From: Ideonella sp.
Lineage (GTDB): Bacteria; Pseudomonadota; Gammaproteobacteria; Burkholderiales; Burkholderiaceae_C
Assembly (NCBI GenBank): GCA_025458335.1
Contig: JALOSQ010000004.1
Location: 1 to 61,337, forward strand
Direction: 5' to 3'
Length of the DNA stretch: 61,337 nucleotides
Part shown: positions 59,800 through 61,337 of the stretch, piece by piece
How the letters are laid out: every line of letters begins with the position of its first letter
How positions within the stretch are numbered: the stretch's first letter is position 1
Notes under the pieces: generated by a model
Told to the model about the DNA's origin: nothing
Database searches by the model: none
Seen by the model: only the letters and a program-made list of their open reading frames with translations
Made by a program: the position numbers and the translations under genes

Positions 59800-61337
59800 T
59801 CAGCCGCCCAGGGGAGGCTGCAACTTGAGCTCGACGAAGGACTTGGCCAGGTCCGGCGGCATCGGCGAGTCGAGCATCATGCAGGTCAGGTAGAGGGCAT
59901 CGGCCGCCTCGCGCGCCAGGCCCCGGGCGCCCGAGTGCGCGACCGCCTCGCCCACCCAGGCGCGGATCAGCGGCGGCCGGCTCATCCAGGGCATGGTCTG
60001 CAGTGTCCACAGGGCATGCACCAACGCATCGCTGTCCGGCACCTGTGCCGCCGGCACGTCCTGTGCGCCGAAGAAGCGCTGCATCACCGCGTCGTACCAC
60101 CGGGCCCCGAGCGGATCGATGCCCACATCGCTGCTGTAGAGCGGCACGAGTCGCGCGAGGAACGCGGTGTAGGTGCCGATCGGACGCCGGTTGGACGCGA
60201 AGAACGCCAGTTCCCCCGACGGGCTCGGCGCCACTGGCGTGACCACGGCCCGCTTCTGCGAATGTCCGAGGCCATGCCGCAACGCCAGCCAGCGCAGGCG
60301 GTCGAGTGGCTTGACGACGCCGGCGGCGGTCATCACCCGCCGGGCCGCCTCGGCCAATGCACGGCGGTCCTCGAGCGCGCCGAGGGACGCCCGCCGGACC
60401 AGTTCGCTGAACCACGGCAGTCGCGCTTCCGGCGGCAGCAGGTTCAGGTCCGCGAAGACCTGCGCGGCGCGAGCGTAGGACTCGGACTCGGCGCGCCAGG
60501 CGCGCACCTCGCGCTCGCTGCCCGGTGACACCATGAAAGCGAGGACGGCGGCGCGCAGCTCGCCGGGCCCGTGCATGCGCGAGAGGCGCTCACGGGCCTC
60601 GGAGACCGCCGAATCGTCCCCGCTGCTGCTCGACGTCGCCGGGCTGCGCGCCCCCGCCCTGCCCGTTGCCGAGGCCGGCCTCGACGACGGGCGGGGCGAT
60701 CCCTGCAAGGCGGGCGATGCGGGCGGCACCGGCGCCGTCGCGGTTCCGCCGTCGCCGAGCGGTGGCCATGCAGAGGTCGGCTCGTCAGCCCGGCGTCCGC
60801 GACTGGGTTGGGATCGGGTGGCGTCGAGCCAGCTCGAGATCTCGCGCAACACCATCGGCGGGGCGCTGGGCTGCGCGCGCACGCCGACCGGTGGGGCCAG
60901 ACCCGCGGGGAGGCCCGGGACCCGCGGCGCCGGCGCTGCCGTCCCCGGCGCCCCATCGACGTCCGCGAGGGGCTCGGCCGGAGGCGGGACCTCGTCCGCG
61001 GCCAGGTCCAACCCCGAACCCGGTGGTGGCACCAACCCGCCCGTCAACGACGGCGTCGGGGAGCCGATGTCGTCCGGCAGGTCGCCGAGCTCGGTGACCT
61101 CGGGCAACGGCGTCAGGCGCAGGGCTGGCGCGGGCGTGGACGGGCGAACTTCGAGAGGCGTCGACGGGGCGCCGACGTCCAGGTCGACCCCGGTGGACCC
61201 GCCCAGGTCGACATCGACCGTCCCGGCCGGGTGCGGCGCCTCCAGCTCGAGGTCGATCGCCGCCGGCGTCGGCGACGCCGTCCACGCCACGTCCCGGTCA
61301 AGCGCGGGCATGTCCAGCGCCGGCAGGTCCAGGGCGG
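59800..61337 (-). CDS. hypothetical protein with an acidic/proline-rich repetitive N-terminal region and a conserved-looking C-terminal domain; possibly continues beyond the window
   Basis: The track ORF 59800..61311 is 503 aa. The frame stays open upstream of the ATG at 61311 to the window edge (..ALDLPALD-MPALDRD..), so the true start may lie outside. I recognise no family. Confidence 0.6.
   Translation of the reverse strand, partial: ALDLPALDMPALDRDVAWTASPTPAAIDLELEAPHPAGTVDVDLGGSTGVDLDVGAPSTPLEVRPSTPAPALRLTPLPEVTELGDLPDDIGSPTPSLTGGLVPPPGSGLDLAADEVPPPAEPLADVDGAPGTAAPAPRVPGLPAGLAPPVGVRAQPSAPPMVLREISSWLDATRSQPSRGRRADEPTSAWPPLGDGGTATAPVPPASPALQGSPRPSSRPASATGRAGARSPATSSSSGDDSAVSEARERLSRMHGPGELRAAVLAFMVSPGSEREVRAWRAESESYARAAQVFADLNLLPPEARLPWFSELVRRASLGALEDRRALAEAARRVMTAAGVVKPLDRLRWLALRHGLGHSQKRAVVTPVAPSPSGELAFFASNRRPIGTYTAFLARLVPLYSSDVGIDPLGARWYDAVMQRFFGAQDVPAAQVPDSDALVHALWTLQTMPWMSRPPLIRAWVGEAVAHSGARGLAREAADALYLTCMMLDSPMPPDLAKSFVELKLQPPLGG

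Overview
High-GC (roughly 70% by eye) chromosomal segment that looks betaproteobacterial (Burkholderiales-like gene order and protein signatures). It is densely packed with about 60 protein genes on both strands. I saw no rRNA, tRNA, CRISPR array, transposase, integrase or phage genes. Most of the window is ordinary core genome. This includes heme genes (hemJ, hemB), ybeZ/phoH-ybeY, a 7TMR-DISM histidine kinase with a NarL-type regulator, ruvAB, hpf-ptsN-hprK, fur, bamE-dapB, exbBD, leuS-lptE-holA, thiL-pgpA-pncC, a thiolase, glnE, yhdP, a C-N hydrolase and two CorA-family transporters. Many long ORFs in the six-frame track are high-GC shadow frames of these genes and are not reported as features. 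The most interesting part is 35.1-44.9 kb. A MerR/B12-binding regulator carries the CarH-type photoreceptor motifs (W-x9-E-H and E-x-H-x-x-G) and is followed by a ferritin-like diiron protein. It sits divergently from a tightly coupled eight-gene operon: FAD oxidoreductase, DUF1365, CFA-synthase-like methyltransferase, chalcone-isomerase-like protein, MFS, DUF3833 lipoprotein, SDR and NTF2-like protein. This looks like a light-controlled, largely uncharacterised membrane-lipid modification system related to furan or cyclopropane fatty-acid chemistry. The two units are separated by an unusually AT-rich 600-bp control region with palindromes, an exact 12-mer repeat and a long polypurine/polypyrimidine tract. 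Secondary items are listed here:
- an orphan intrinsic terminator or candidate sRNA between hemJ and hemB
- an N-terminally truncated ybdK flanked by an in-phase 18-bp direct repeat
- an HD-GYP plus PAS-AGDEF-EAL c-di-GMP operon
- a BigR/SqrR-like ArsR sulfur locus
- a rhombosortase-like protease
All functional calls come from reading the translated ORFs and motifs. No database search was run.
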